From Lama glama (lineage: Eukaryota): DNA of 64,000 nucleotides. Each line of letters begins with the position of its first letter. The first letter of the stretch is position 1. The stretch is taken from contig CM052817.1 in the NCBI GenBank assembly GCA_028534125.1, positions 30,010,001-30,074,000 on the forward strand, written 5' to 3'. Below the pieces are notes generated by a model. That model was not told where the DNA came from, made no database searches, and saw nothing but the letters and a program-made list of their open reading frames with translations. A program made the position numbers and the translations under genes. Below are positions 25,400-39,075 of the stretch, in pieces.

Positions 25400-25619
25400 G
25401 GGAAAGGAAAGGAGTGGAGTGTTCCTAAAAGCCTCTGGAACACTCCATTCCTTCCTAAAAGCCTCTGGAGAGAGTGCAGCCTTGCCAACCCCATGATTTA
25501 CACCCACTTATACTGAGTTCAAACTTTTAGCCTCCAGAAGTGTGAGAGAATAAATTTCTGTTGTTTTAATCCACCAAATTTGTAGTAATTTGTTGTAGCA
25601 GCCAGAGGAAACTAATACA
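25400..25619 (+). mobile_element. MLT1 (MaLR) LTR, 3' portion
   Basis: gcctccagaagtgtgagagaataaatttctgttgttttaatccacc...gcagccagaggaaactaataca is the canonical MLT1 3' end. Confidence 0.9.
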
Positions 25620-25956
25620 GTGTTCTTGAGGGTTATTATTTCGTAGTGTTTTCCTTCCTCATAAAATGAGTTGGAAATTCTCAACCTTCTCCTATAGCCT
25701 AGAAGAATGTATGTATAACTGGTACCGTTTCTTCCTTTAATGTTTGTTAGTAATTTCCCAGTGAAGTTATCTGGGCATAGAGTTCTCTTTGTTGGGAAGT
25801 TTTTAACTACAGACTCAATGATTTTAATAAGTATGTAGTCAACTCTGTTATTTATTTCTTTTTGAGTGAATATTGGAAGTTTGTATATTTTAAGAAAATT
25901 GTACTAATTTACTGACTTAAAATTGTTCATAATTTTGACTTATTATCCTTTTAATC

Positions 25957-26175
25957 TAGGTTTTCAAACTGTAATCTGAGGGCCAGCTCTGGCCCACTGA
26001 CTGTTTTTCTATGCCCCACAAAGTAAAAAATGTTTTTTACATTTTTAAATGGTTGCAAAAACAAACAAACAAACAAACAAACAAACAGTACTAGGCTACA
26101 GAGGCTGTATTGTGGCATGGAAATTCCGATATTTACTAGTGGTCATTTTAAAGAAAAAAAATTGGGAAAACTTAG
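25957..26175 (+). mobile_element. MER58-like hAT element with internal (CAAA)n
   Basis: gagggccagctctggcccactgactgttttt...tttttacatttttaaatggttg...atatttactagtggtcattttaaagaaaaaa. Confidence 0.75.
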
Positions 26176-27232
26176 CCTGTAGAATCTAGAGATGCCACTT
26201 CTTTCATTCCTGATTTTGATAATTTGTGTTTTTTTTTCTCTTGATTTTCTGATCACTCAGGCTGAAGATTGTCCGTTGTATTGATATGTTCAAAGAACCA
26301 CCTTTTTGCTTCATTGGTGTTCTTTGGTGTTTTTCTGTTTTTAATTTAAATTATTCCTGTTTTTATTTTTATTATTTTATTTCTCCTTTCGTTCTTTTTT
26401 TACTTTTAATCTATGTACACCTTTATACATAGTTTCTTTGTAGGTCATATGTAGTTCAGTCTTATTTTTTATCCAATCTGATAAGCCCTTCATTTTATTT
26501 GAGATATTTAGACCATTTTAGTTTAATCAAATCTTGGATTTGATTAGTTTTAAATCTATCATATTGGTAGTTATTTTCTGTTTGTTCCATTTGTTCTTTT
26601 CTCTCTTTTCATCCTTTTTTATGTCTTTTTGTATTAATTGAGTATTTTTATGATTTCATTTATTTTCACTACTACTTATACCTCTTTTTGAAGTTATTTA
26701 TTTAGTCAATTTTTAGCTTGAAATAATTTCAGACTTACAGAAAAGAATAATAAAAAAAAAGAGCACCCTCCTGTGATAGTCCCAAAGGTAAAGATTTTTC
26801 CACACCTTTGATCATTTTCTTTCCATATATACATATTCTGCTTCCTAATATTGTTATCAATCATCATCATTATTATGAAACCATTTAAGGATAAGTTTAG
26901 ACAAGATATCTCTCAGCTCTAAATAATTTTGTGTGTGTTTCCTAGGAACAATGATCCAAATCAGGAATTAAAACTTGTTACAATACTATTATCTAATTTA
27001 TAGGCGTTAATCAAACTTTGACATTTGTTTGAATAATATTGTTTATAGCCCATCTGTCTTTGTGTATTTTACCCTTGATATTTTTTAAGAGAGTAGACAA
27101 GTTATTTTGTAGAATGTTTCTCTGGAGTTTTCTGACATTTCCTCATGTTAGATTTCAGTTATACAATTTTAGCAAGAACACAAACAAAAAAATATATCCT
27201 TCTCCATGCATCATACCAGGAGGCACATGTCA

Positions 27233-28246
27233 TATTTTTTTTCACCCTTTTTTCCCACAAGCCCATTCCCCACCTTTGGCGACCACCAGTGTGTTCCCTG
27301 GATCTATGAACTTGGTTTTGCTTTCTGTTTTTTTAGATTCCACATTAAAGTGAGATCATAGAGTATTTATCTTTCTCTGTCTCACTTATTTAACTTAGTA
27401 TAATACCATCTAGGTCCATCCATGTTGTCAGAAATGGAAAGATTTTATTCTTTTTTTGTTGCTGAGTAATATACTCACAACATACCACAATTTCTTTATT
27501 CACTCATCTATCAATGAATACTTAGGTCATTTTCATATCTTGGCTATTGCAAATAATGCTGCAATGAACATAGGATGCAGATGTCTTTTTGAGTTACTGT
27601 TTGCATTCATTGTATAAGTGGAACTGCTAGATAGTTCTGTTTTAAACTTCTTTTAGAAACCTCCGTACTCTTTTCCAGAGTGGCTTCACCAGTTCATATT
27701 CTCATCAAAATTATATGAGGGTTCCCTTTTTGCACATCTTTACTGACACTTGCTATTTGTTTGTTTGTAATAGCCATTCTAACAAGTGTGAGGTGATTTC
27801 TCACTGAGGTTTTGATTTGCACTTCCTTGAAGATGAATGGTGTAGAGCATCTTTTCATGTATCTGTTGGCCGTCTGCATGTCTTCTTTGGAAAAATGTCT
27901 GTTTAGATTTTCTGCCTATTTTTTAACCCAATTGTTTGTTTGTTTTTTTGTTGCTATTGAGTTATATGTGTTATTTATATATTTAGGATATTAGCTCCTT
28001 CTCAGATACATGATCTGCAAATTTCTCTCCTATTCACTGGGTTGCCTTTTCATTTTGTTGATGGTTCTCTTTGCTGTAAAGAAGCTTTTTAGCTTGATGT
28101 AGTTCCTCTTGCTTATTTTTGCTCTTGGTGTCAGATTATAAAAATCATTGCCAAGACCTATACAGAGAAGCTTACTGCTTATGTTTTATTCTAGGAGTTT
28201 TTATGCTTTCAGGTTTTACATTTAAGTCTTTAATCCAATTTGAATT
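27233..28246 (-). mobile_element. Younger LINE-1 fragment (ORF2 C-terminus and 3'UTR) nested in older L1
   Basis: ORF 27694-27879 ([37 protein letters not shown]) matches the L1 ORF2p cysteine-rich C-terminal region. Confidence 0.9.
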
Positions 28247-29614
28247 AAAGAAATTGCATATTTTCTTATGTAGTTTCTTATGTATGTTACTTGTATTTCT
28301 TTTTCTTGTAGTTGCCATAGGGCTTACAATAGTTATCTTTAACATCAGATTTTATATTCAAATAATATTATACCAATTCACAAAAAGTTTAAGAAAATTA
28401 TAACAGTATAAATCAATTATGTATTCCCACCCATTGCACTATTATTCTCATAATTTTACTTTTATATATGTTGTAAGTCCTACATTATATTAATACATTT
28501 TTGCTTTGGAGAATGAAATATGTTCTAGATATTAAGAATAAGAAAATATGTAGTTTCTATATGCGTCTTTTTTTGTGTGTATGTTATTTCCCATATTACT
28601 TTTTCTTTGCCTAGATTCAAATTTCTATCTGGTATCATATTTCTTAACATGGTTTGAAAAATTTCTTAAAATAGTCTGCTGGCAATAAAAAATGTTCTTT
28701 ATTTCATCTTAGTATTTTGCAAGATATATTCTTTGGGCATACAATTCTGCCTTGAGTGTTTTTACTTTTCTCCATTATTTAAAGATGTAATCCTTTTATA
28801 TTCTGGCTTGCATAATTTCTGATCAATAAGATTATTTTTTTACTTTGTATGTAACGTTCTCTTTTTTTTCCTGATTGTGCTAAAATTTTTTGAAATATTT
28901 TTTCACCCACATTTTGACTATGATGTATCTAAGTGCGTAATTTTTGTTAGTTTGTTTCTCTTTGTGTGTGTGTATATATATATTTATATATATACTGATT
29001 AAGAGTCTGTGGGTATCTTGGCAATTATCTCTTCAAATATTACTTCTGTACCCCAATTTTCTTTTCTCCTTCTGGGACTCCAATTATCCATATACTTGAC
29101 TGTTCCATATTGTTTCTTTGTTCTTGAATTCCCTCTTTTCTTCTTCTTTCTTTCTTCTTTTATGTCCAACCTACTAATAAATCCATCAAAGGAATTCTTT
29201 ATCTCATGACATTTTTTAAAATTCTAGTATTCTTATTTTGCTTTCTTATACTATCCATCTTTTTGCTAAAATTGCCTCACATATGTATGTTACCTACCTT
29301 TTCCAGTAGATCCTGTAACATACTAATTTTATGTAAATGTCTCTATCTCATAATACAAGACCAGGACCATCCCCAAGTCTGATTTTGTTGATTGCTTTAT
29401 CTCTTGACAATAATTTTAAATTTTTGTCTTACATTTTTAGATGTCATAATTTTCTTAAGTGTCAGGAATAATAAAAACTAAAGTAAATAGTATTTATGCT
29501 GGAAAATGGTCATGCCTCTTTTGCCATGCTGTCAGTGTAGGGCGGTAAGCTAATTTAGTTTGCAGTTGAACTCTATTTGGGTTTTTTTATTGTTATTATT
29601 ACCTTCAAAGATAT

Positions 29615-30098
29615 TATGATTGTTAATTTTCTCTGTCAGTTTGCCTGGGCTAAGGGATACCAAGACAGCTTGCAAAACATTTTTTCTGGGTGTGTCCATG
29701 AGAATATTTTCAGAAGATATTAACATGTGAATAGGGAGACTGAGTAAAGAAGATTGCCCTCACAAATGCATCATTCAACCTGTTAAAGTCCTGATTAGAA
29801 CAAAGAGACAGAGGAAGGGAGAATCTGCTTGTTGTGCTTAAGCAGGGATATCTGACTTCTCCTGCCCTAGAACATCGATGCTTCTGGTTCTTGGGCTTTT
29901 GGACTCAGACTGGAACTCATACCACTGGCCTCATGGTTCTCAGTTGTTTCCTGGGCCTCCAGCTTAGTGATGGCTGATCATGGAACTTTTCAGCCTCCAT
30001 AATAATGTGAGAAAATCCCTTACAGTAAATCTTTTTCTATGCATCTGTTTGTATACACCATTTTAGTTCTAATTCTTTAAAGAACCCTGACTGATACA
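29615..30098 (+). mobile_element. MLT2 (ERVL) solo LTR
   Basis: gttaattttctctgtcagtttgcctgggctaagggatac...gactgagtaaagaagattgccctcac...agaaccctgactgataca matches recalled MLT2. Confidence 0.9.
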
Positions 30099-30569
30099 GA
30101 TGCATAGTCTTCAAATTCTTTTAGTAATGGGCTGTCCTTACCTTGTGTGTAAAGTAGGGAATAGAGTACCAGCTTTTTTCAGTGGCCTTGCTTCTCTTTC
30201 AATGTTAGTAATTTCTGCACACCTACACCACAGATAAGATCTTTCTACATGCCCTTGTCCTTCCTTAAGTGCCAGACTATTGCTGCTTCTTACTTGGTGC
30301 TTGAATCATGTGAAATGCAGGGATAATAGTTGCTATTGCCGTGGTCCATCTTCAGTTATAAACTAATCTTGTGTTACCAGACTTTCTCTGCATTTATTCT
30401 GTTCCTCTTCATGGCAGCCAAGCCTTTCCTTATGTCTTTGGTTGGTCTTGGGTAAAAGCCTCTAGAATATTCTAAATACAAAGTAGTTCAAATTAGGTAT
30501 AATATTATTCTAAGATATTTGTATATGCAAAATAAAAAATAAAATTGAGAAATATTTCAGTATATAACA

Positions 30570-30830
30570 TTAATAATAACTGACATTATGTGAATAGTTA
30601 CTTTTTAGTAGGATCTATGTTAGGTTTTGTTGAATATATTTAGTATGTCATTTGATACCTAGAAGAAATCTTCCACTTTAATATGATTATATTTATTTTA
30701 TAGATAGAGTAATGAAAACTCAGAGAAGTTAAATAAGTTGCCCAGGGTTACACAGCTACTAAATGGCAGAGCTAGTGTTTAAATCCCAGATCTTCCTAAG
30801 TCCAAAACCCTGCTGCTTTCCACTATACTT
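30570..30830 (-). mobile_element. MIR SINE
   Basis: actcagagaagttaaataagttgcccagggttacacagctactaaatggcagagc. Confidence 0.85.
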
Positions 30831-32188
30831 CAAAAGAATTTAAGTAGCTGCTTAAAGCTAACTGCATATTTGCTTCATTTAAGTAACATGATGCTAGCAG
30901 AACATCAAAGAAGGAAATTGCAAATTGGATACCATTGGTAAAAAAACATTGATTCCTTTAATCATAAAAGAAACTTGGGACTTGAATACCCGAAATAACT
31001 AAGATGACTTTTTCTACCCAAATTTAAAGATATCCTCTCCGTATTTTTCTTGTCGTTCTAATTTATTAGAAGCATGGGTTTATTGACAGTACTTTATGAT
31101 TATAAACTAACTCATGGCATCAGAATCTATTAATGAAAAGTCATTCTCACAAACATCAGCTCAAGTGGCTTTGTTATAGCCTCTCACTAAAGGGATCACA
31201 GGCTTCCTCAAAGACAAGACTAAATAATCATGATGTAAAGAAACACAAATGAAAGAACTTTAACGCTGTTTCGTCTTGATATGTGAAACATGTGGATATT
31301 TTCTGAATATTAGAATTAAGATTCTGGTACCCAGAATGAACAAAATCAGCAATAAAGGCCCTTTCTCAAATACCCCTGCCTTAACAGGCCTTAATTCTAT
31401 TTGGATGTACCTCATAGTAGTATTTACTTCTGTATTCTGAAATCTATGTTTTCTGTTGTCTGGTAAGTACACTGAGATTTTGGAGGGAAAGCATTCACAT
31501 ATTATCCATCTTCATGTCTCTAGTGCTTAATGTATGCATGGGATACAGGAGGGGCATAATATGTTTATTGAAATAAACTGAATTAAATAGAACGGATAAA
31601 GACTAACATAAAGCAAAGCAATGTGTCACGGCATAAAGGGGACTGGCACATGTATTAGGAAATGGTCTAAAATGGTGACTTAGGCATTAATCAAAGGATA
31701 TTTTAAGGACTGTGTTCCTTCATCTAACAATGCAGAGCTTGAAGTATATCCAGTTGTTTTGAAACATTTGGGTTTTGTTTTGCTTTGCTATTGGTTTTAT
31801 TTATAGAGCCCTGTTCTCTGATAAAAACTTACCACAAATCCCAATATACAAAAAACTTAAAGTAGACCTGAACTGGATAATCATGGGCACAGGTCATGTA
31901 TCCCTGCCTACTTCTTCCACTGTTGTTTATTCTATTTCTATACCATCCAACCAGAGCAATCCTTAATCAGCTCCCTAAATAAGAGTTGCAAAAAGTACAG
32001 TTTGAAAACCAGCATTCTACTATATGATCTTTAAGCAAGGATGGGTGTATATGTAAATAATAAAATATATAAGTATATATAATAGATAATTAAAAATAAC
32101 ATATAATAAACTATATAAATAAATGAATAGAAATATATAAATATAAATAAATAAAAATATAAAAATAAAATAGACAACAACAATAAAA

Positions 32189-32313
32189 CAGGATACAAGA
32201 TTAACATACAGAAATCAGTTGCATTTCTCTACACTAACAATGAAATATCAGAAAAGGATAGTAAAAAAAAAAAAAATCCCTTCTAAAATCACATCATAAA
32301 CGTAAAGTACCTA
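32189..32313 (+). mobile_element. Isolated internal L1 ORF2 fragment
   Basis: Translates as GYKINIQKSVAFLYTNNEISEK, an L1 RT-region motif, with little decay. Confidence 0.9.
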
Positions 32314-32693
32314 TCCTTCCCTTTCTAGATATCATCAATATGGCAATATGTTATTCTGTAAGAATAACAGAAGTAAAAATTAGCCTAAAACTAAAAGGGA
32401 GAATCTAAAGCTAAAGATGAGCAAGTCTGAAAGACAAGGAGCGAGAACATGATAATGGTAATGTAGAGACTGGGAGCCACTGGGGTGAGACCCGTGCCTG
32501 GGAAAGATCTATGACAGGTAATTCATAGAAGTTGTGAATGTTTAGGCTGAGAAACAAGAAACATTTGAAAACATATAAAATGTTAATGTTTTTATATTAT
32601 AAAAGCTAGATACAAATATGTAGTATATTATATACACATTATATATAATATACATTCTATATATAAATTCTCTACATTTTTGTATACATATAC

Positions 32694-32695
<2 letters not shown>

Positions 32696-32736
<41 letters not shown>
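32696..32736. repeat. (TA)n microsatellite (~20 units)
   Basis: Direct read. Confidence 0.95.
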
Positions 32737-32738
<2 letters not shown>

Positions 32739-35700
32739 CTGAACACTTACCCTGTATTGAAAAAGAAAGTCTTCCCATTAGGAATCTGTTTTAAAAAGAG
32801 AGAGAGCAAGAAAGGGAGAGAGAAAGAAATAAAACCAAGAATGAAAAATTTCAGAGAATAAGATCCAAACATAATACAAATATTTATATCACAAAAGCAA
32901 CAACTTTGTGGGTCAGGGTGTTGGCAGTCAGTCTTCCCCATACCATGTGGCATTAATTTAGCACACATTGTTAAGTAATGATTCTACCATTTGTACATGT
33001 GGGAACTTCAATAAACTTTTCCCAGGTGGTATTTACACCCCTGTAGTGACCAGTAGTCTCTGTGGATCAGATTATTTCTGTGTTTTAAGGGCAAGTGGAA
33101 GAATTTAAAGCTACATTTCCTTTGAAAATTTTGCACATTATCAGCATACACTTGGTGCTGAGGCTACCCATATATTTTAATATTTTTTCATCAAAGATGG
33201 TTTGTGACAATAGCAAACCTGGAGCTCTTTTATAGTAAAATATTATTCTTTCCATCTTTAAAAGAAGTCAGAGTTGTCATCAAGAACAGTGAGCAGTGTT
33301 TTTTGAGCAATCAGCTTGCTGCCTGTTTCTTTAGTCTTCTATGACAAGACTTGATGCCTGATTGGGCACCTGCCATTGTTTGGTACACAAGTCACCATCT
33401 CTAGATTGGAGGCATGGCATGAAAAACCATTTACAGTTGAACAAAAAGACATGGCAGTCTAACCTTAGGAGTTTTGTGGACTGAATGAGACTGAAGGAAG
33501 TGTGAGTAGAGGAGGTCTGCTGTACAGTATAGAAATTTAATCTGGTGTGGTGAGGTAAAGCAAGGGGAAAAGTTAGGTTTTCAAATACTAGGAAGAGCAG
33601 AGATTCAATCTAGGAACTCTAAAGATGTAACAGCCCCATGACTGAAGACTGTTTCTAGGATGGATGAAATTTGTTTTCTCTGTGTACTGGGCAAGGGAGA
33701 ATCTGATCCTTTAGCTGATCATCACCAAGGTTCACCAGAGGTGAATTGCCTTATCAACTCTCTCTGAAAGCATTTACTATTGTGTTGGATTTAATTGTAA
33801 GCTCTTATTTATTTATTTATTTTTTTTTTTAGAAATCAATTTGTTTTTGTTATTTCTCTATAAGTCTCAAAATCAGATACATCTTTCTGGTTCCAAGTAT
33901 TTTACAAATATTAATCTGAAATTATAACTTCTTAAAGGTGATCTGGAAGAAAAGAGTATGAGCCCATTTGTAGGATTTACCTTTTAATCTCAACTATTTA
34001 AGCAATTGGATAGTTAGTCTTTGTAAACTGACATAACTATCTTTTTTCCACTGGCCTCTGAGATTCTTAGAGAAGTAGATAGAGTGACTATCTGCTCATA
34101 AAACATCTGGGATTTTATAATCCTTTATTCTGCTGTTTTTCTGCTCCCAACTGTGTGCCAGAGAATGAGAAAGGCATGATCCTCCTCAATGTGTGATTTT
34201 AACTCCACAACACTGGCAAAAGTTTGGCTTGAAATTCTGTGCATGTTCCTTGAATTTTATGAATTCTCCTTGTCTTTTTCAATATTTGTTTTTGTATCTA
34301 ATTTTACAACTACATCTCCTATTGTTTCATTAACATATAGGCTCTGCTTACTCACTGACAAACACAATTCTTTACCACCTTATCTTTTGTTTGCTCTGAC
34401 AGAGCAAACATTCTTCTTTTTTAACCACATTTCTCTTCTAAAAAATACTTTTGATATCTTTTTTGTTTCCATCCTTCTTGAGATAATGTTATCATACTAA
34501 AATAAAAGTCACCCTGCTTGGATAATGATTTATAAATGCCAAAGCCTGAAGGCTAGGCATTGGAGAGGAAAGATGAATTATCTTATTTAAATAGTTTTCT
34601 CAAAAAGGGATCTTGAAGACTACTAAAAGTTTCTGCAGATTAGGGAATATAATTTTTTTTAATTCTCAGAACATTTTTATTTAGTAAGCTTGTTTCTCAT
34701 GTTTGAGGGTAATTCTCGTATTCTCATATAAATTCTTGCTAATATGCCAATTTTCAATGATTTTTTTTTCAAAAATTTAGTAAAGTATCAGTTTTTAGAA
34801 TCACATTGATGAACGTACCCTTTAAGTGTCATAGATATTTTGGAAGGAAACACAACATGCTTACTTTCCCTAAGTTTAAAATTTAGTTTCAGAAATAACA
34901 TGTGGACACAGTACAAAGGAATTCATAATACTATGCAATAAATAATAAGTACCAAATGAGGTTTATGGGATAAAAGTGATTCAGGAGTTTAGTGATGGAA
35001 CAAATTCTTCAAGATGGAATTTAATCTGTATTTGGAAAGACAAGCCCTTGCTGAAATACTGGTCAACAGCTGCCTGCTCTAGTAAGGCAGGGATATGTGG
35101 TTCATCTTACTTGGATATAGAAGATGAAAGAGATTTGAAGATAGTCTTAGGATTGCTGACTCTGGTATTACTATGCTTGCTTTGTTTTATTTGTACAAAG
35201 TAGAGACAGGAGGTTTACTCTAGTGACTTAATGCAGAATTAATGGAAGGAAGGAGGACTGGATGTAGTTAAGTCAGGGAAAAGTTCCTATGGTCATTTCA
35301 GTGAAATGATAAAGATGAAATTTAAAGTGGTGGCAGGAGGAATAGTGGCAGAAATTTGTCAGACTTTGGGTATTACCTGGATATAAATGGTCGTTTTCAT
35401 CATGAGAAAGTGTATACTATGGAAATACGTTAAACACAATCAGGTTTAGTTGCTGCTTTCTATCATTTTTATGTCACATACTATTCTGAACATTAAAATA
35501 TATAAAATTGTTAGCAAAGCCTCTTTTACAAATCCAGAAATGGTCATTTCCAGAAGAGTAACAGCTGTCTCTGATCATAGTGTATGGCACTTTATTAGGC
35601 ACTCAGTGAATGTGTGTTAAACATCATATGTATAAGCATGTAGATATGAGGAAACATGGCCTATATGATATATCAACACTGACAAATCAATCATTTAATG

Positions 35701-36264
35701 GAACATATAAACATATAATTCAGGATTTATATTAACTTGTAAGTGATCAATACACACAAACCCTTTAGTATGGTTATTTTATACTAGAGAAAGTAATCAC
35801 TGATAATTTGGAGCTTTATGCTTTGATTAAAAACTCTGAAAGAAAGAGCTGAGTGAGTTTTTATTAATGCAATAACCTGGGAACTCAGTATTATAAGTTT
35901 GCATGACTAATACTGATTTTAGTCAAATTCTAAACTCCTGTTTAAGATAAAGTCGTTAATGGCCTTGCTAGTTAAAAGACAAAGGAAAAAAAATTGTCTA
36001 TGGAGTGCCTACTGGGCCCCTATACTGTACTAGACATACAATTATTGTCAGATTTCTTCTCTCACTGACCATGAATGAGATTTTAATTAACATAGTCATA
36101 ATTCACAATGATTGATTATTTATTCCTAGCTACCATAGCACCTGTAGCATATGTGTTTAGTATTTTTGGATAAAACTATTAATTATTTTAATGTGTGACT
36201 TTCTCTATACTTTCAAATATGCCTAAATACTATTTGTATATAGAAACAATATTTTTCCAAATTA

Positions 36265-36560
36265 TAGTGTACCAGTCATAAGAGGCTAAATTATATTTCA
36301 GAAACAAACAAAAACAGAATTAACAGGTACATTTCTCAGGTGTGTTCCAGGTGCAATAAAGGTCAGCAGAGGAGCTCTACTCAGTGTAGTCAGAGACCTG
36401 GACTGACAAGGACTCCACCTTGTCTCGTCCTGAAGGTTACTGTAGCAGGAGGAACAAAATATGATTAATCATACAGTGGATTTTAAAGCTTCCAGTCAGA
36501 AAAAACACACACCCCATTAGTCAAATCAAGTCACACAGCCACCTCAAACTTGGAAGGAGA
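36265..36560 (-). mobile_element. Old MLT1-type LTR fragment
   Basis: ccattagtcaaatcaagtcacacagccacctcaaacttggaagg resembles reverse MLT1J/K-type sequence. Confidence 0.55.
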
Positions 36561-38629
36561 TTTACATTAATTTATCCACATCCATTTACATAAAAACTTA
36601 AATTTTTATATTTTCTGGCTAGAAATGTAATAGTACAGAGTCTGTAATCAGGCTGAGCAGCACTCTTTATCTAATGGACTTGTCTCTCTTCTGAACAATT
36701 TGTAATATTTTCATTACTGGAAAATAAAATGAATTGGATTCCACTTTTTGGCCCAGTATTTAGCAAAAAAGGACCTGAAATCTTTTTCAGATGAACACAA
36801 ATCACAATGAAGTAGTTGAATTATTTATAAAGAATGAGTTCTGAAAATGATATACTGAGATATTTTCAAATGCCTTGCTAAATAATCCCCAAATGGTCAA
36901 TGTCAAGAAGCCTGTCTTAGGGGAACATCTTTTATATGACTTGATAAATACTTCATCCAAGTACACTTGAATTTCAAGTCATCATTTTTATGGATTTGTT
37001 TAACTACCATTTATGTACTGACCTCATTTTCTCAACAACCTAAAGCCTCTGAACACTCATTCTTTTCCGAAAGTAATTTTATTCAAAGTCCGTCGGGAAA
37101 GGTTAGCACAATCAAAACGAATATATTACTTTAAATTTTTTATCTCCTTAGCTCTCTGATTCACTGTATCTATCTTTTAAGCTCTTGTCCCTTTGATATC
37201 CCTAGACACAAATTCAAATAACCTGGAAAATATATTACCCTGTAATTTGTGTGAAGTCTAGAGAAATGCCAGGGTTTTCATGGAAATGAATAAAAGTTCT
37301 GAATTAGTGAAGTAGCTAAAATTTGGAAACACAAATGTCTTTTCCTAAGTCATTGAGAAGAAAGCTAGACAAATCAATTATTATATACAGAAATCCATCA
37401 TTATATATGAGAGGGAAGGAGAGGGAAAGAGACAGCAGAGAAAGTTTTGCTTTTTAAATCACCTTATGACCTTATAGTATTATACAAAGCTAAATATTAA
37501 TTCATTCCAAGATTTTATTTAATCTGCATGTTAAGTATAAGACCCTTAATAAGAGGAAAAGAAGGTGGATCTATTGTGCTTCTGTGATCTTTTAGACGCG
37601 ATGATAGGCATATGGACAAGTGGGTAAGGGGTAAAATAGGTGATAGATATGTGCATATATACACACATTAGTTTTATAGTATGAATACGTGTATATAAAT
37701 TCATACATACATACTTTGGGTGAGGTACATTCTAACTTTGCTTTTATTTTCTCTTCTATAAAACTAAGATAATAATACCCACCTTCCTGACTTATTGTGA
37801 GGGTTAAATAAGGTAATTACTAAAAGCATATAAGTACTCCCCTCCTTCCTTGTCATTAAATGTCTCATTTTACCGTTATTCTTCATTCATTCATTTAACA
37901 TTGTATTTTATTTTTTATCACATGCCAGTTTCCAGGTACTGTGGAGGCTCAGGAGAGTCCTTGCAGAATAAACCACATACAAGGTAGCTCCTTGTGAAAT
38001 TTATATTCTACTGACTCCATTACATCTAAAGAGAAAATAAAATGCTTAGAAGACTTTTGATTTTATGGTTTTCACCTCATCCTTCTGATAACTAATTTTT
38101 TGAAGGTAATGTCTGAATAAATGACCCTTTCTCTGTTAGTCAATGAAATAAGTACCATATTTACCCTCTGCCTCTCAGACTTTTATAGGTATAACCCTAT
38201 TTCAATATTGAGCAATGACCAAGCATCCAATGGAGTTGTGATTTAAAAAAATTTAGACAAGGAAAGTCCCGTGGGTTTGTCTTCATATTGTTCAATGCAA
38301 CCAGTTTTCTGTTGATTATTATTGCTCTCATGTGGACATGGTTTCCTGCTTACTTTGGTTCTTTACATCCTAAAAGCTAATGTGATGCATAGAAGTCAAA
38401 TAGCAAAACACAATTCATTGTTGTATTTACAGGAAGAAATTAAGTTTCCAAATATTCCAGAAAAAAATAATTTATATTTTCAATGCACAATTTGAACTAA
38501 GGAACCAGAATAGATGTCTGAGACCAGAAGCTACAATAGGAACCAGTTTGCAGCTCTATTTGTCATCTCTTTCCTCTGCTTTAACTCAATGTCTCGTCAT
38601 CAATATTGTGAAAATTGCTGTATTTTTTT

Positions 38630-39075
38630 TTTGGTTTGATTTTTTCCAATTTTATTGAGAAATAATTGACACTGTACAAGTTTAAAGTCTGTAAGCTAAT
38701 GATTTGACTTACATACATCATGAAATGATTACTACAGTAAGTTTAGTGAACATTCACCATTTCATATAAAAAAAGAAATAGAAAAAAATCTACTTTTCCT
38801 TGTGACAACTATTATGATTTACTCTTTCAACAATGTTCAAATGTAACATATAGCAGTGTTTATTGTGTTTATCGTACTGTGCATTACTACATCCCTAGTA
38901 CTTATTTTCTCTTATCTGGAAATGTTCACCTTTTGACCCACCTTCATCCAATCCCCCCTCCTCCCACCCCTGCCCTTGATAACCACAAATCTGGGTGTTT
39001 TTTTTTTTTTTGAGTTTCTTTGTTTTTGAAGTATAATTGACCCCAACACTATGTTAGTTCCTGGTGCACCACGTA
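38630..39075 (-). mobile_element. LINE-1 3' end
   Basis: T-rich tail followed by ttttattgagaaataattgaca...catcatgaaatgattactacagtaagtttag...aaccacaaatctg. Confidence 0.85.

Larger units (their letters stand above)
23130..30460 (-). mobile_element. Long old antisense LINE-1 block with nested insertions
   Basis: T-rich + strand with antisense L1 hallmarks (ccatttgttgaaaagactattcttt, ctatttctggactctc, ggtaagagaggacatcactgtc, ccaatctgataa). Confidence 0.85.

Noticed and set aside
27039..28403. Cluster of 60-104 aa ORFs
   Set aside because: All lie in L1 remnants; the only meaningful one is a frameshifted L1 ORF2 fragment.
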